IMG/VR virus record: IMGVR_UViG_3300033121_001676 | Coordinates: 32,001 to 96,000 of that record | Direction: 5' to 3' (one strand) | Source: a virus | Taxonomy: Duplodnaviria > Caudoviricetes | DNA: 64,000 bases | Part shown: piece by piece, positions 1 through 9,574 of the stretch | Position numbering within the stretch: position 1 is the first letter of the stretch | How the letters are laid out: each line of letters begins with the position of its first letter | Made by a program: the position numbers and the translations under genes | Notes under the pieces: model-generated | Databases searched by the model: none | Seen by the model: only the letters and a program-made list of their open reading frames with translations | What the model was told of the DNA's origin: nothing

Positions 1-2
1 TC

Positions 3-2270
3 GTTTTTGAACAATTTCCAATTTGTGTTATCCAGTTAATCAATCAAACAACTGAAGATTTATCAATTTCTTTCAATACATTCCAATTTCCTTTATCAAC
101 AATTGCTGAATCTACTCCCACTCATTTTAAGATCATTTATGCAACATCAAACATAAGTGATCAAGATTTCATACTTTATGGTGATTTGAATCTAACAACT
201 GGTGAACTTGCAATTACATGGGATTCTAATATCCCATCATCAATTCCTGGATATGCCGTCTATGCAGTAAAAAGACAATTCAAGATTAAGCCATATGAAA
301 CAAATAACCCAGAAGAGATGTTTGCATTTCTTCCAACATATGGTGGTCAATTAATCAGAAATGCTTGCAATCAATTTGTAAGTGGTGAATCTGCTGGTGA
401 AATTTATGGAATCAATCCAGCACTTTTCACACCATATCCTGCGACTTCATATGTTGATGTTGTAACAACTCAATTCAGTTATCAATTGATGTATTTTTAT
501 CACAGAACACAAAATTGTGGAATTGCAGTTAGAACAGATGATGGTAACGGAAGAGGAAAGTGGTTCCATTACAACGGTGATGATACAAATATCTATTTTG
601 GAACAACAGAATTTCCAACAAATAATCTTCAAACAAGAGTATGTTCATCTAATTATAATTTGATTCTCAGACCAATGAGGGGGAATTGGTTTGATGCTTG
701 CAAGTGGTATAGAGAATCTCTTGAAAATGAATCAAAAACATGGATTAGCCGTGGCAAAATTGTCAACATGGTTGATGGTGATGTTGATGATATAAGCAAG
801 CATGTCAAAGATGCTGACATTTTCTTCTGGGGTTCTATCACAACAGCGAATGAAAGAACGAGATTTGTTGAAGAATTCAAAAGAATCGTTGCTTATTATG
901 GGAGTGATCTAAAATACATTGTTTCAATATATAGATGGCAAGTTGCAGCAATTACTGAACTATATCCAGACCTGTATCCACCAAATACTCACGCGATGTC
1001 TGCAATTGATGATATCATAGCATTGTATCCAACTGTCAGAATTGTCTGGTACTCTATTCCTGAATGTTGGGCTCCAAATTCAAATTGGTACACAACAAGC
1101 TACAATCCTTCATATGGAGCTCCTGCAAATTCAATTATCTTAAAAGCAACACAAACTCCATACACACAAATGCTTGATCAGGCATTGCAGACGCTTTATT
1201 ACCCTCAATTTGGGAACGCTAATTGCAGAAGTCATACTGTTGATATTCTTTCACAAATTACTACAAAAGGTCATAGATGTGATGGAATTTATCTTGATGC
1301 TCTTTCTGGATCTTATGGTCCTTACGGTGATTACAGAACATCACTTTCGAGTTCTCAAAAAGGGCCTGGAAGTGATTATTGGACCAAGGGGAAAGTTGAG
1401 TGCATAAGACAGATAAAGAGCAACTTTAGGACAACACAAGCAATTCCAGATTTTGTTATTTTCAGTGAAATTCTTGAAGAAGACGTAATACATCATTTAG
1501 ATTTCATTAGCACATATTCATTTATCCTCTCTTCAGCAGATATCTTTTTTGTTCCTGGTTGGAATGTTATTTACAGTCAATATATCATTACTCACACATT
1601 TAATGAAACCATTACTTATCTTCCAAACAGTATCAAAGATGATTTTGATCTTTTGATGTATGGAATTTCAAAAGTCTTTCATTGTGGCAGTATCATCAGT
1701 TACGCTTGGTTTGGTGATCTTACAGCACAGTTTTTAATTCCACAACAAAATGACTCTGTTGATGGCGGCTCATATTACTCTGATAATTGGACAAAATATG
1801 ATCAGTATAGACATGCTTTCTTAAAGAAGCTGAATAGAGCAAGGCATATCACTCACGGAGGTCTTTACAAATATTTCACTGGCAAGAGACTTCGGTCACT
1901 ATACAATAACTGGGAAGAAAGACTTGAAAGAGTTGGACCAGAATTTACAGTCGGTCAAGTTGTTACTGATGGCGCAATTGGAATTGTAATTGTTGGCGCA
2001 GATGTTATGTCATCTGTTTGGCAAGCTAATACAGGGAATAGAGATGTTACAATACTTATGACAAATTATAAGCAATATTCTTCAAGTTTCAGTGTAACTG
2101 TTTCTGTTGATCAATTTTCAGAGATAACTGGCAATTTGAGATACCTGTTTAGAAGAAATAGTGATGGAACAAGAACTTTGATCAAATCATTCTATGGTCA
2201 CTTTACAGAACAAGTAACAATTGCTCAATATGATTTGGACGTCTTAGAAATATCATCTGCATCAACATGA
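3..2270 (+). CDS. Glycoside-hydrolase-like TIM-barrel protein (DUF6259-like), 5'-truncated, possibly virion-associated
   Basis: The frame is open from position 3 (no stop upstream of 186). Motifs YRW..ELYPDLYP, CDGIYLDALSG, GPGSDYW and FSEILEE resemble DUF6259/GH barrels. It overlaps the neck gene (ATGA). Confidence 0.5.
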   Translation, partial: VFEQFPICVIQLINQTTEDLSISFNTFQFPLSTIAESTPTHFKIIYATSNISDQDFILYGDLNLTTGELAITWDSNIPSSIPGYAVYAVKRQFKIKPYETNNPEEMFAFLPTYGGQLIRNACNQFVSGESAGEIYGINPALFTPYPATSYVDVVTTQFSYQLMYFYHRTQNCGIAVRTDDGNGRGKWFHYNGDDTNIYFGTTEFPTNNLQTRVCSSNYNLILRPMRGNWFDACKWYRESLENESKTWISRGKIVNMVDGDVDDISKHVKDADIFFWGSITTANERTRFVEEFKRIVAYYGSDLKYIVSIYRWQVAAITELYPDLYPPNTHAMSAIDDIIALYPTVRIVWYSIPECWAPNSNWYTTSYNPSYGAPANSIILKATQTPYTQMLDQALQTLYYPQFGNANCRSHTVDILSQITTKGHRCDGIYLDALSGSYGPYGDYRTSLSSSQKGPGSDYWTKGKVECIRQIKSNFRTTQAIPDFVIFSEILEEDVIHHLDFISTYSFILSSADIFFVPGWNVIYSQYIITHTFNETITYLPNSIKDDFDLLMYGISKVFHCGSIISYAWFGDLTAQFLIPQQNDSVDGGSYYSDNWTKYDQYRHAFLKKLNRARHITHGGLYKYFTGKRLRSLYNNWEERLERVGPEFTVGQVVTDGAIGIVIVGADVMSSVWQANTGNRDVTILMTNYKQYSSSFSVTVSVDQFSEITGNLRYLFRRNSDGTRTLIKSFYGHFTEQVTIAQYDLDVLEISSAST

Positions 2271-2767
2271 GTACAGTAAATAGCTCTTCAATCATAAAAC
2301 AAGTTAGGATGATTGTCAAAGACGATCCACAAGAAATTGCGAATAGAGTTTTTATTGATGAAGAAGTTGATGCTGCTCTTTCAGATGGTTTCGGTATGGT
2401 TAGCTACGGATCTGCTAATGAAGGTACTTCAGATAGTTTCATAAAGGCATTGGCAAAACTCTATGCCGGTGCAACTTTGCTTTATTCACTTGCGAGAGAT
2501 AAGGCGAGATTGTATAAGTGGAAGAGTTCCCTTGGTGAAGAAGTTGATTCTGATCAAGAATCAAAGTCACTTACAAGAATTGCTGATTCAATGATGGCAC
2601 AAGTTAATTCTTCATTATCAAAACAAATTGAAAGAATGAAAGATGATGTTAAACTTCAAACTTCTGCACAAGGAACTGCTCTCGAATTTGCGCCAGATCT
2701 CCCAAAACATAGAGATGTGAAGTTTACTGGTAGGGTTGGAAAACTAAACAAACCATCAGATAGATGA
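2267..2767 (+). CDS. Putative head-tail connector/adaptor
   Basis: N-terminal VRMIVKDDP...FIDEEVDAAL pattern typical of adaptors. First gene of the neck cluster. Confidence 0.55.
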   Translation: MSTVNSSSIIKQVRMIVKDDPQEIANRVFIDEEVDAALSDGFGMVSYGSANEGTSDSFIKALAKLYAGATLLYSLARDKARLYKWKSSLGEEVDSDQESKSLTRIADSMMAQVNSSLSKQIERMKDDVKLQTSAQGTALEFAPDLPKHRDVKFTGRVGKLNKPSDR

Positions 2768-3144
2768 CGGACTATTCACAATTTGTTGAACAATCAAAAC
2801 AAATACGCCGTGATAGAAGTGTTTCAATACTACTTCTAAGTGGCGTTAGCGGTCCTGATACGAATCAATTTCTTGAAGAACGTTCTTCTTCAAATGAGTT
2901 ATGGATAACTGCAAGCGGGGTATATACTCAACTTACGAGAAGAGACAATTTCTATGGAGGTATGCAAGGAGGTCATACACAAGACACTTGGGCATTTTCT
3001 TTCAATTACGAAGAAGTAAAAGGCTACGAAAATTCAAAAGCAATTCAATACGCTGGTAGAAGATTTAACATAGTTGAAAAGAACATTGGCTATTGGGGAA
3101 GATATATAACACATATTGACTTCATTGTTATTGAGGGATCATAA
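2764..3144 (+). CDS. Putative head-closure protein
   Basis: 126-aa beta-rich protein with IQYAGRRFNIV. Sits between the adaptor and the gp10-like gene. Confidence 0.5.
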   Translation: MTDYSQFVEQSKQIRRDRSVSILLLSGVSGPDTNQFLEERSSSNELWITASGVYTQLTRRDNFYGGMQGGHTQDTWAFSFNYEEVKGYENSKAIQYAGRRFNIVEKNIGYWGRYITHIDFIVIEGS

Positions 3145-3512
3145 TGGGTTTATTCACAAGCCTTGGTGAATTTGCAGATAAAATCAAACAAGGATACAAT
3201 CGCAAGTTTCGTATGAAGCGTGCGATTGCTGAAGCAATTGAAGATGGAAAGAATGCAGCAAGGACTTTTGCACCTGTTCTTACAGGATGGCTTAGAAGCA
3301 ATATACAATCACAAATAAATGTAGTTGGAAAAGATGTTCAAGCTTATCTCTATGTTGATTTGAGCATTGTTCCATATGCAAGAAGACAAGAATACGAACA
3401 CATCACAAAAGGTTTCTTTATGTTGAAAGGAACACTCGTTGCACAAAAGCGTTTAGAAGAGATTACAGGAAGGCAGGACTTTATTGAAGACGTCGTGTTT
3501 AATGAACCATGA
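3144..3512 (+). CDS. HK97 gp10-like neck/tail-completion protein
   Basis: APVLTGWLRSNI matches the APVxTGxLRxSI signature; also YARRQEY. Confidence 0.75.
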   Translation: MGLFTSLGEFADKIKQGYNRKFRMKRAIAEAIEDGKNAARTFAPVLTGWLRSNIQSQINVVGKDVQAYLYVDLSIVPYARRQEYEHITKGFFMLKGTLVAQKRLEEITGRQDFIEDVVFNEP

Positions 3513-4045
3513 GTGATAGATTACTTAAAGAAACTGAATACAGTCTTGCTTACAAGCTCAATAATATCTCTGGAGTGATTGGTCCTGTAATTATTGCATC
3601 ACCAGATTTCAATTGGGATAGAAAACAGGATAATCAAAAGAGAAACACGCCATTTGCTGTTGTAAGATTCATTGGTGAAATTGATCAATTTGCATTTATT
3701 GATGGTGGAGCAAGTATTGATCCAGAAATGAATTTCATAATTACTGTTTGTGAGACAAACTTTACACGCTTAAGAACATCAATTGGTGCAATTCAAAGTT
3801 GTTTAAGAACATCAACAACACTTGTGAGTGGTGCGAATATTTACATTGATAACTACTATGGAATTCCATTAGTTGATAGCCAGAATGGGGATCGTGTTGT
3901 TGGTGGTCTTAATCTTGAACAGAATGATTTAATTGGTGATTACACACATGATGATAAATCAACTTGGGATAATTTGAAGTATTCTTGTCACATACCTGTG
4001 AAACTAACACCAATCTATAAAGACGTCAATAAAGACCTCTTATAG
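3509..4045 (+). CDS. Putative tail terminator
   Basis: Size and synteny; TPFAVV pattern. Confidence 0.45.
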   Translation: MSDRLLKETEYSLAYKLNNISGVIGPVIIASPDFNWDRKQDNQKRNTPFAVVRFIGEIDQFAFIDGGASIDPEMNFIITVCETNFTRLRTSIGAIQSCLRTSTTLVSGANIYIDNYYGIPLVDSQNGDRVVGGLNLEQNDLIGDYTHDDKSTWDNLKYSCHIPVKLTPIYKDVNKDLL

Positions 4046-4079
4046 ATACTTCTTCTTTGTTTTAACAAGAGAGAACAAA

Positions 4080-4610
4080 ATGGCCCTAACTTCCCTGAGT
4101 GCGGCAGCTTGGAGGGAGACCTTCAAGAATTTTGGTCGCCTTACGATGATGAGGAATATCATCGGAGGCGATATTCCAGTTTTCCAATCTGGAATTGTTG
4201 TTACTGTTCAAAAACTTGCGACTGAAGATTTTACTCTTGTTAGCAGCATGTTGTCGACATTTGTCAACAACATGAATACACTTTCAAGCAATCTTGCAAG
4301 TGGCAGGACGAATGTTGAATCTTCTCTTTCCACACTTGTGACAAGTGTTGTGAAAGGTGATATCAATTCTGTTGCTACAACAACTTCTGGTATTTTGAAT
4401 GATATGTTCACTGTTATGAGAACTGATAGTGTTGCTGTTTCTGGTAGTGGATTATTTGAAACGATGTTCGGTCAAGTTTTTGGTTTCCTACCACACTTCT
4501 TCCAGAAATACACTGGTGCTGGTGGAGCACCTGCTATTAGTCCCGATGTAGGTAATCCTTCAGTAATCATTCGTGAGAATTATGCAACGTTCGACTGGCA
4601 GAACTGGTGA
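4080..4610 (+). CDS. Hypothetical (likely virion) protein
   Basis: ORF inside the structural operon; no recognised motif. Confidence 0.5.
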   Translation: MALTSLSAAAWRETFKNFGRLTMMRNIIGGDIPVFQSGIVVTVQKLATEDFTLVSSMLSTFVNNMNTLSSNLASGRTNVESSLSTLVTSVVKGDINSVATTTSGILNDMFTVMRTDSVAVSGSGLFETMFGQVFGFLPHFFQKYTGAGGAPAISPDVGNPSVIIRENYATFDWQNW

Positions 4611-4647
4611 GCATAAAAAGACTTACTAAGTCTTAGGAGACATTCAA

Positions 4648-5334
4648 ATGGCAGGACTTCACGGCAAAAACGCACAGCTTCTAATCGGTAATTCACTCAC
4701 AATTGTATCAAGTGGTAGCTTGAATCGAATTTCAGGAACAGATATTTATCAGATTGATTCGTCCAATAGAGATTGGATGTTCCAACCTGACAATAGTGCT
4801 TTCAAAGTTGAGTATCAGGTTGGTGCGAGTTGGTATTCACTTGATTTGAACAGCGCACAGATTCACTATGCTGGCGGAGCAGTCCAAATCATTGGTGTTA
4901 CAGATGCAACATATGCTGTTGTGAAAAATGTTGCAAGATCAACACTCGTTGATGTTACTCACAAGATTAACCAGAACAGATCTTGGGAAGTTCGATTTGA
5001 AACAAATCTCATTGATGCAACTGTGATGGGTGAATTCTGGGGAACATCACTTCCTGGCATTCCAAAATTCACAGGAACTATTGAAGGTCTTTATCTTGAT
5101 TCTTCAAAGTATGAAAAAGCTGTTGTCAATGCTTCTGGTGTTACGATTCGTAGAATTCTTCGTCTTCGTCCAACAACTGCTGCATCGACATATTACCAAG
5201 GTGCAGCAAACTTCAGCAATTGGCGTTTGAGTGCTTCTTTCGATGCACCAATTCAAGAAACACTTGAGTTTGGTGGTGAAGGTCCACTTGATCTTATCAA
5301 GGCAGGCAGTCCATTCTTTGGTCCTCTGTTCTAA
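4648..5334 (+). CDS. Major tail tube protein
   Basis: AGGAG RBS. Starts MAGLHGK; SWEVRFETNLIDAT..GEFW...LPG...FTGTIEG and C-terminal LEFGGEGPL are typical of siphophage tube proteins. Confidence 0.75.
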   Translation: MAGLHGKNAQLLIGNSLTIVSSGSLNRISGTDIYQIDSSNRDWMFQPDNSAFKVEYQVGASWYSLDLNSAQIHYAGGAVQIIGVTDATYAVVKNVARSTLVDVTHKINQNRSWEVRFETNLIDATVMGEFWGTSLPGIPKFTGTIEGLYLDSSKYEKAVVNASGVTIRRILRLRPTTAASTYYQGAANFSNWRLSASFDAPIQETLEFGGEGPLDLIKAGSPFFGPLF

Positions 5335-5369
5335 TTGAATCGTATTGTTGATTAACAAAAGAGGAGCTC

Positions 5370-5735
5370 ATGCCAAACTATATCAGCAAGGATCAGTTTC
5401 GAAAGAACTTCTGTCTCCGTGTGAGAGATGTCATTCTCGACAGTGGTGAAGTTTTTCAAATCACTTCATTGAACATGTTGCAGAAGCGAGAAATTCGCGA
5501 AGCAAACATGACAATCAAGATCGGTGCAAGGGGTGAAGAGACAAAAACAACCCTTGATGTTGAAGGAATGATTGTTGATACGATCATCGCTTCATGCAGA
5601 GCGCCAAAATTCGATGAACTTGATAAGGATTGGATGCTTGAAACGATTTCAAGCGAATACATCCAGGATCTTTATGCAAAGATTGAAACACCTGTGAAAC
5701 TTGCAACAATGACTGAGGAAGAAGTAAAAAACTAG
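5370..5735 (+). CDS. Tail assembly chaperone (gpG-like)
   Basis: Between tube and tape measure; ends EEEVKN at a slippery site. Confidence 0.75.
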   Translation: MPNYISKDQFRKNFCLRVRDVILDSGEVFQITSLNMLQKREIREANMTIKIGARGEETKTTLDVEGMIVDTIIASCRAPKFDELDKDWMLETISSEYIQDLYAKIETPVKLATMTEEEVKN

Positions 5736-5914
5736 AAGAACTCCTTGAGGAAGATGGTGAACTTTTATTGATGATGCGTGTTTGCGAAGCGCGCAATTGC
5801 AGCCTTGAGGAGGTCTTAAAGCTAACTGAAGAAGAACTTCTACTCATAATTGCACATTCAAGAATCGAAAAGAGGATCTTGAAACAAAAGAGAAGAGAAC
5901 AGAGCCTGGGTTGA
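5370..5914 (+). CDS. Tail assembly chaperone, -1 frameshift product (gpGT-like)
   Basis: A AAA AAC heptamer at 5726-5732. The -1 frame is open for 60 codons (LEELLEEDGELLLMMRVCEARNCSLEEVLKLTEEELLLII...) to TGA at 5912-5914. Confidence 0.75.
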
Positions 5915-5923
5915 CCGGGCTCT
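5901..5923 (+). terminator. Hairpin before tape measure gene (weak terminator/attenuator)
   Basis: AGAGCCTGG-GTTGA-CCGGGCTCT, a 9-bp stem with one G-U, followed by ATTTAT. Confidence 0.35.
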
Positions 5924-5929
5924 ATTTAT

Positions 5930-8900
5930 ATGGCCGCAAAGTTTATTGATCTTGTTCTTAGAATGGTCGATAGAGTCAGCCCATCGACTAACCAGATTGC
6001 AAGAAATCTCCACAACCTCCAAGGTCAGACTGTTCAATTTCAAAATCAACTTAGTCGAATTGCAAATACTGTCACTCTAACTTTCGGCGCTCTTGCTGCC
6101 GCGAAATTTGTTGGATTTTTTGATAGTTCAGTTGAATCATTTGCAAAAGTCGATGAAGCACTTGGAAGATTAAAGACTGTTGCTGATACTACGAAAGCAT
6201 CACTTGGGAATGAGCTTGGTGCTGCTTTCAAAGAATCACAGAATTTTGCTCTCCAACACAAGTTTGCAGTTGAACAAGTCCTTCAAACATACACTGAATT
6301 TGGATCTGCTGGATTTAGTCTTGCACAATCAGTTCAGTTAGGATCACAGGCACTCTTCCTTGCCAATGCTGTTATGCTCGATGCTGGTGAATCAGCAAAG
6401 CTATTGGCATCTGTCATGGTTTCTCTTGGGCAAACAACAAGCCTTGCATTCCAGACAGTTGAAGATGCTTCACAAAGAGCATCAAGTGCCTTAGCTACAT
6501 CAATTCAAGTCTTTGCTGTTACTGGTGAAGAACTTGCAAATGGTTTGAAATTTGTCCTCGGATCTGCATCTACCCTGAAGATTGAAATTGAAGATCTTGT
6601 TACTTCTATTGGTCAATTGAATAACGTTGGACTTAAAGGTAGCAATGCCGGAACAGCTCTAAATCAAGTTTTTGTCAATTTGCAAAAGGCCACTTCAAAA
6701 CTTGGTCTTGATACGAGTAAATTCATTGATGAATCTGGTGCATTTAAGAGTATTGGAAGCCTTCTTCAAGAAGTTCAACGTAAGGTTTCTGATCTCGGAC
6801 CATATGAAAGATTCCAAAAAGTTCTTGAAGGATTTGGTGTTAGAGGTTCAAGAGCAATAGCTGGTCTTCTTCCATTTGCACCTGTTCTTGATGCAATTCA
6901 AGAACGTATGAAGAAGTCTGGTGATGAAGCTAAGCGTTTGAGTGATTTGTTTGAAAACAACTTAAAGACTGCACTTGACAAAACAAATAATGCAATTGAA
7001 GTTACAAAACAACAGATTGGGGCAAATCTTGCTGAATCTGTTAAGACGACTCTTTCTATATTCAATAGATTCCTTTTAGGTCTTAGAAACTTTGCCGATG
7101 CAGTTGGATCAACTGGCGTTGGAATTACAGCACTCGTTGTTCTTCTTGGTGGTCTTGCAGCAGGTCTTATTGCTATTCAGGGTGCATTCATTCTTGCAAC
7201 TGGTCAAACAATTTCATTCTTAGCTGTCCTTAAAGCGTTCGGATTACCATTTGGAATATTTGTTGGGATACTTGCAGGCATCACAGCAGTCATATTTGCA
7301 TTCTCAACTGCAAGTGATAAGGCAAGAGATTTCCAAGATGCTTTGAAAAAGACAGGTTCAGTTAAACTTGATGATATTGATACGCAATTGACCAAGATTG
7401 GTGAAGCTTTAATTACTGTCAAAAATGCAAGTACGGCGAGTACAGAATCATTATCAAAAGCACAAACAATCCTTAATGAAACTTCTGCAACAACGTTTGG
7501 TGATGAATTTAAGAGAATTAATCAAGAAGCACAGGCACTTGGAGTTTCTCTCAAAACAGTTTCAGATAACTTCAATAAAGCATTCACAATTGCTGCATCA
7601 GCAAGTCCATTAAAGAACTTTGGTCTTGCAGGCTTAGATGCAAATGCTCTTAAGCAACAGATTAATTTGATTGATACTTTCAAACAAGTCCGGCCATCGC
7701 TTTCTCAAGAGAGAACTTCATTAGGTATTTTCCACGATAGATCTTTTGTAGGAAGCGATGAACAGAGAACTGCTGCAAAAGCTGCAATCATAGAGCTTGC
7801 AAACATCGGTGAAGCAGCACTTAAATCTGAAGATGCACTCAAGAAACTCAATGCACAAATTGGGGGACCTGGGCTTAATCAAACTAAAGCTTTTGCTGAA
7901 AGCCTTGTTGAAGCAAAAGATAAGATAACTGGTTTCTTCTCCGGCATATTGCCAGATTCTCAACTCGGAGTTGCAATTGATATAATTGGCAAGACAGGCA
8001 TACCTGATTTAGCTGCGAAGATGGAAAAGGCTCTTGAGCCTACAAAGAAAGTTTCTAAAGAACTCGGCATTTTCTTCGATGCAACTTCAAGAGCTGATCA
8101 AGCATCGCAGGCTTTTAATCAAACACTTGCGAATTTGAACGATGTTAGAGATGAATTGCAAGCGAAGGGAACTATTGATTTACCAGGGAATATTACTGAA
8201 CAGATTAATTTGATTCAAAGACTTGTTCGCCAAGGTGCTGAAAAGGCATCATTCTTTTCCAATGAAGTTGTTGAAGGACAAAAGGCTCTTGCAGCAACGG
8301 CAGGGAAAGGTGTTGCTCAAGAGTTTATTGATTCGATCAATTCACAACTTGATCATGCAAAATTAAATGAAAGAACAGCATTAAGAGACTTTGAAAAAAT
8401 CCAAAAAGATCTCGAACTTGCACAACTTGCTTTCGGTGCAGGTCTCCTCCCAATACCTGATCCAAAGAAGGGTAAGGGTGATTTTGAAACAATCATCAGT
8501 GAAGGTCTTAAGAATGGATTCAAGAAAGGTATTGATGAAGGAAGATTATCAATTGCACAAGGTTTGATTGATACAGTTGATAAATCAATTACTCAAGGTG
8601 CGTTACTTGGATTTTCAAGTTTTTCAAGATTAGGCGCACTTCAGCCATTTCTTAATTCTATTGAAGAACAGGCTGGTGTTATCTTTACAAAAGTCCAGGC
8701 AGGATTTGATATCTCTGAAACAATTAATAAATCTGTCGGAGCTTTGAAAACTGGTTTTGATCTTAAAGGTTTAGATTCTGGGTTTGTTGCACTCAATAAA
8801 TTCCGTCAGATTGTTCTGCAAGAACTTGTTCCATCTCTCGATAGTCCATTACAACAAGCATTAAAGAGGGGATTAGAACCACTTGATAAAGCTGAAGAAC

Positions 8901-9574
8901 AAATTTCAAAACTTCGCGCCCAACTTCTGACAGTCCAAACACCGATTGATCGATCTGTTATTGAACAGTTAATTGGATTCAATAGAGGTGAAGGTAGTGT
9001 TGGTGGGATCAATATCAGTGGCGCAGACATTAACACGAAGGTCAAAGCTCTTGAAAATCTTGTCAAACAAGTAACTGTTTCTGATGGAAGCAATATCGCA
9101 AGTTCTCAAACAATACAGTTGATTCTTGATGCTTATCAAAAGATTGTTGAAAAACAAGAAAAGATCAAACAAGGTTCAGATATTTCTGCTAACTTTGATG
9201 CTTCGAATGAATCAGTTAATTCAACATCCCAAGGTGTTGGGAAGCTTTCTGAATCAATTAACGGGATAGGTGATGTTGCATCAAGAGTTACAGAATCATT
9301 CAACAGTTGGAGTTCTGCAATTGATAGTGTTTTACCAAGATTGCAGGAGGTTGTTGAAAAGGTTGGACAAATAAGTGGCAATGTCAATTCAAGTTCAGAT
9401 ACGAAAGGTTCGGAAATCAATCTTAGACTCGGTGATTTTAGCATAAATATTGAAACGGAAAGCCATCTTGATGAAGAGGAAATTGAAAAGATTAAGAATG
9501 AATTGAAGCCACAGTTTGATGAAATCCAAACAAAGATACTTGATCAAATCGAAGAAGTGTTGAGACACAGGTAA
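5930..9574 (+). CDS. Tail tape measure protein (TP901-like core)
   Basis: 1214-aa helical Ala/Leu-rich protein with GLKGSNAGTALNQV core and a central hydrophobic segment; canonical position. Confidence 0.9.
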   Translation: MAAKFIDLVLRMVDRVSPSTNQIARNLHNLQGQTVQFQNQLSRIANTVTLTFGALAAAKFVGFFDSSVESFAKVDEALGRLKTVADTTKASLGNELGAAFKESQNFALQHKFAVEQVLQTYTEFGSAGFSLAQSVQLGSQALFLANAVMLDAGESAKLLASVMVSLGQTTSLAFQTVEDASQRASSALATSIQVFAVTGEELANGLKFVLGSASTLKIEIEDLVTSIGQLNNVGLKGSNAGTALNQVFVNLQKATSKLGLDTSKFIDESGAFKSIGSLLQEVQRKVSDLGPYERFQKVLEGFGVRGSRAIAGLLPFAPVLDAIQERMKKSGDEAKRLSDLFENNLKTALDKTNNAIEVTKQQIGANLAESVKTTLSIFNRFLLGLRNFADAVGSTGVGITALVVLLGGLAAGLIAIQGAFILATGQTISFLAVLKAFGLPFGIFVGILAGITAVIFAFSTASDKARDFQDALKKTGSVKLDDIDTQLTKIGEALITVKNASTASTESLSKAQTILNETSATTFGDEFKRINQEAQALGVSLKTVSDNFNKAFTIAASASPLKNFGLAGLDANALKQQINLIDTFKQVRPSLSQERTSLGIFHDRSFVGSDEQRTAAKAAIIELANIGEAALKSEDALKKLNAQIGGPGLNQTKAFAESLVEAKDKITGFFSGILPDSQLGVAIDIIGKTGIPDLAAKMEKALEPTKKVSKELGIFFDATSRADQASQAFNQTLANLNDVRDELQAKGTIDLPGNITEQINLIQRLVRQGAEKASFFSNEVVEGQKALAATAGKGVAQEFIDSINSQLDHAKLNERTALRDFEKIQKDLELAQLAFGAGLLPIPDPKKGKGDFETIISEGLKNGFKKGIDEGRLSIAQGLIDTVDKSITQGALLGFSSFSRLGALQPFLNSIEEQAGVIFTKVQAGFDISETINKSVGALKTGFDLKGLDSGFVALNKFRQIVLQELVPSLDSPLQQALKRGLEPLDKAEEQISKLRAQLLTVQTPIDRSVIEQLIGFNRGEGSVGGINISGADINTKVKALENLVKQVTVSDGSNIASSQTIQLILDAYQKIVEKQEKIKQGSDISANFDASNESVNSTSQGVGKLSESINGIGDVASRVTESFNSWSSAIDSVLPRLQEVVEKVGQISGNVNSSSDTKGSEINLRLGDFSINIETESHLDEEEIEKIKNELKPQFDEIQTKILDQIEEVLRHR

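Noticed and set aside
4618-4634. Palindrome AAGACTTA-C-TAAGTCTT beside the tail-tube RBS
   Set aside because: A single AT-rich instance; not enough to call an operator or terminator.
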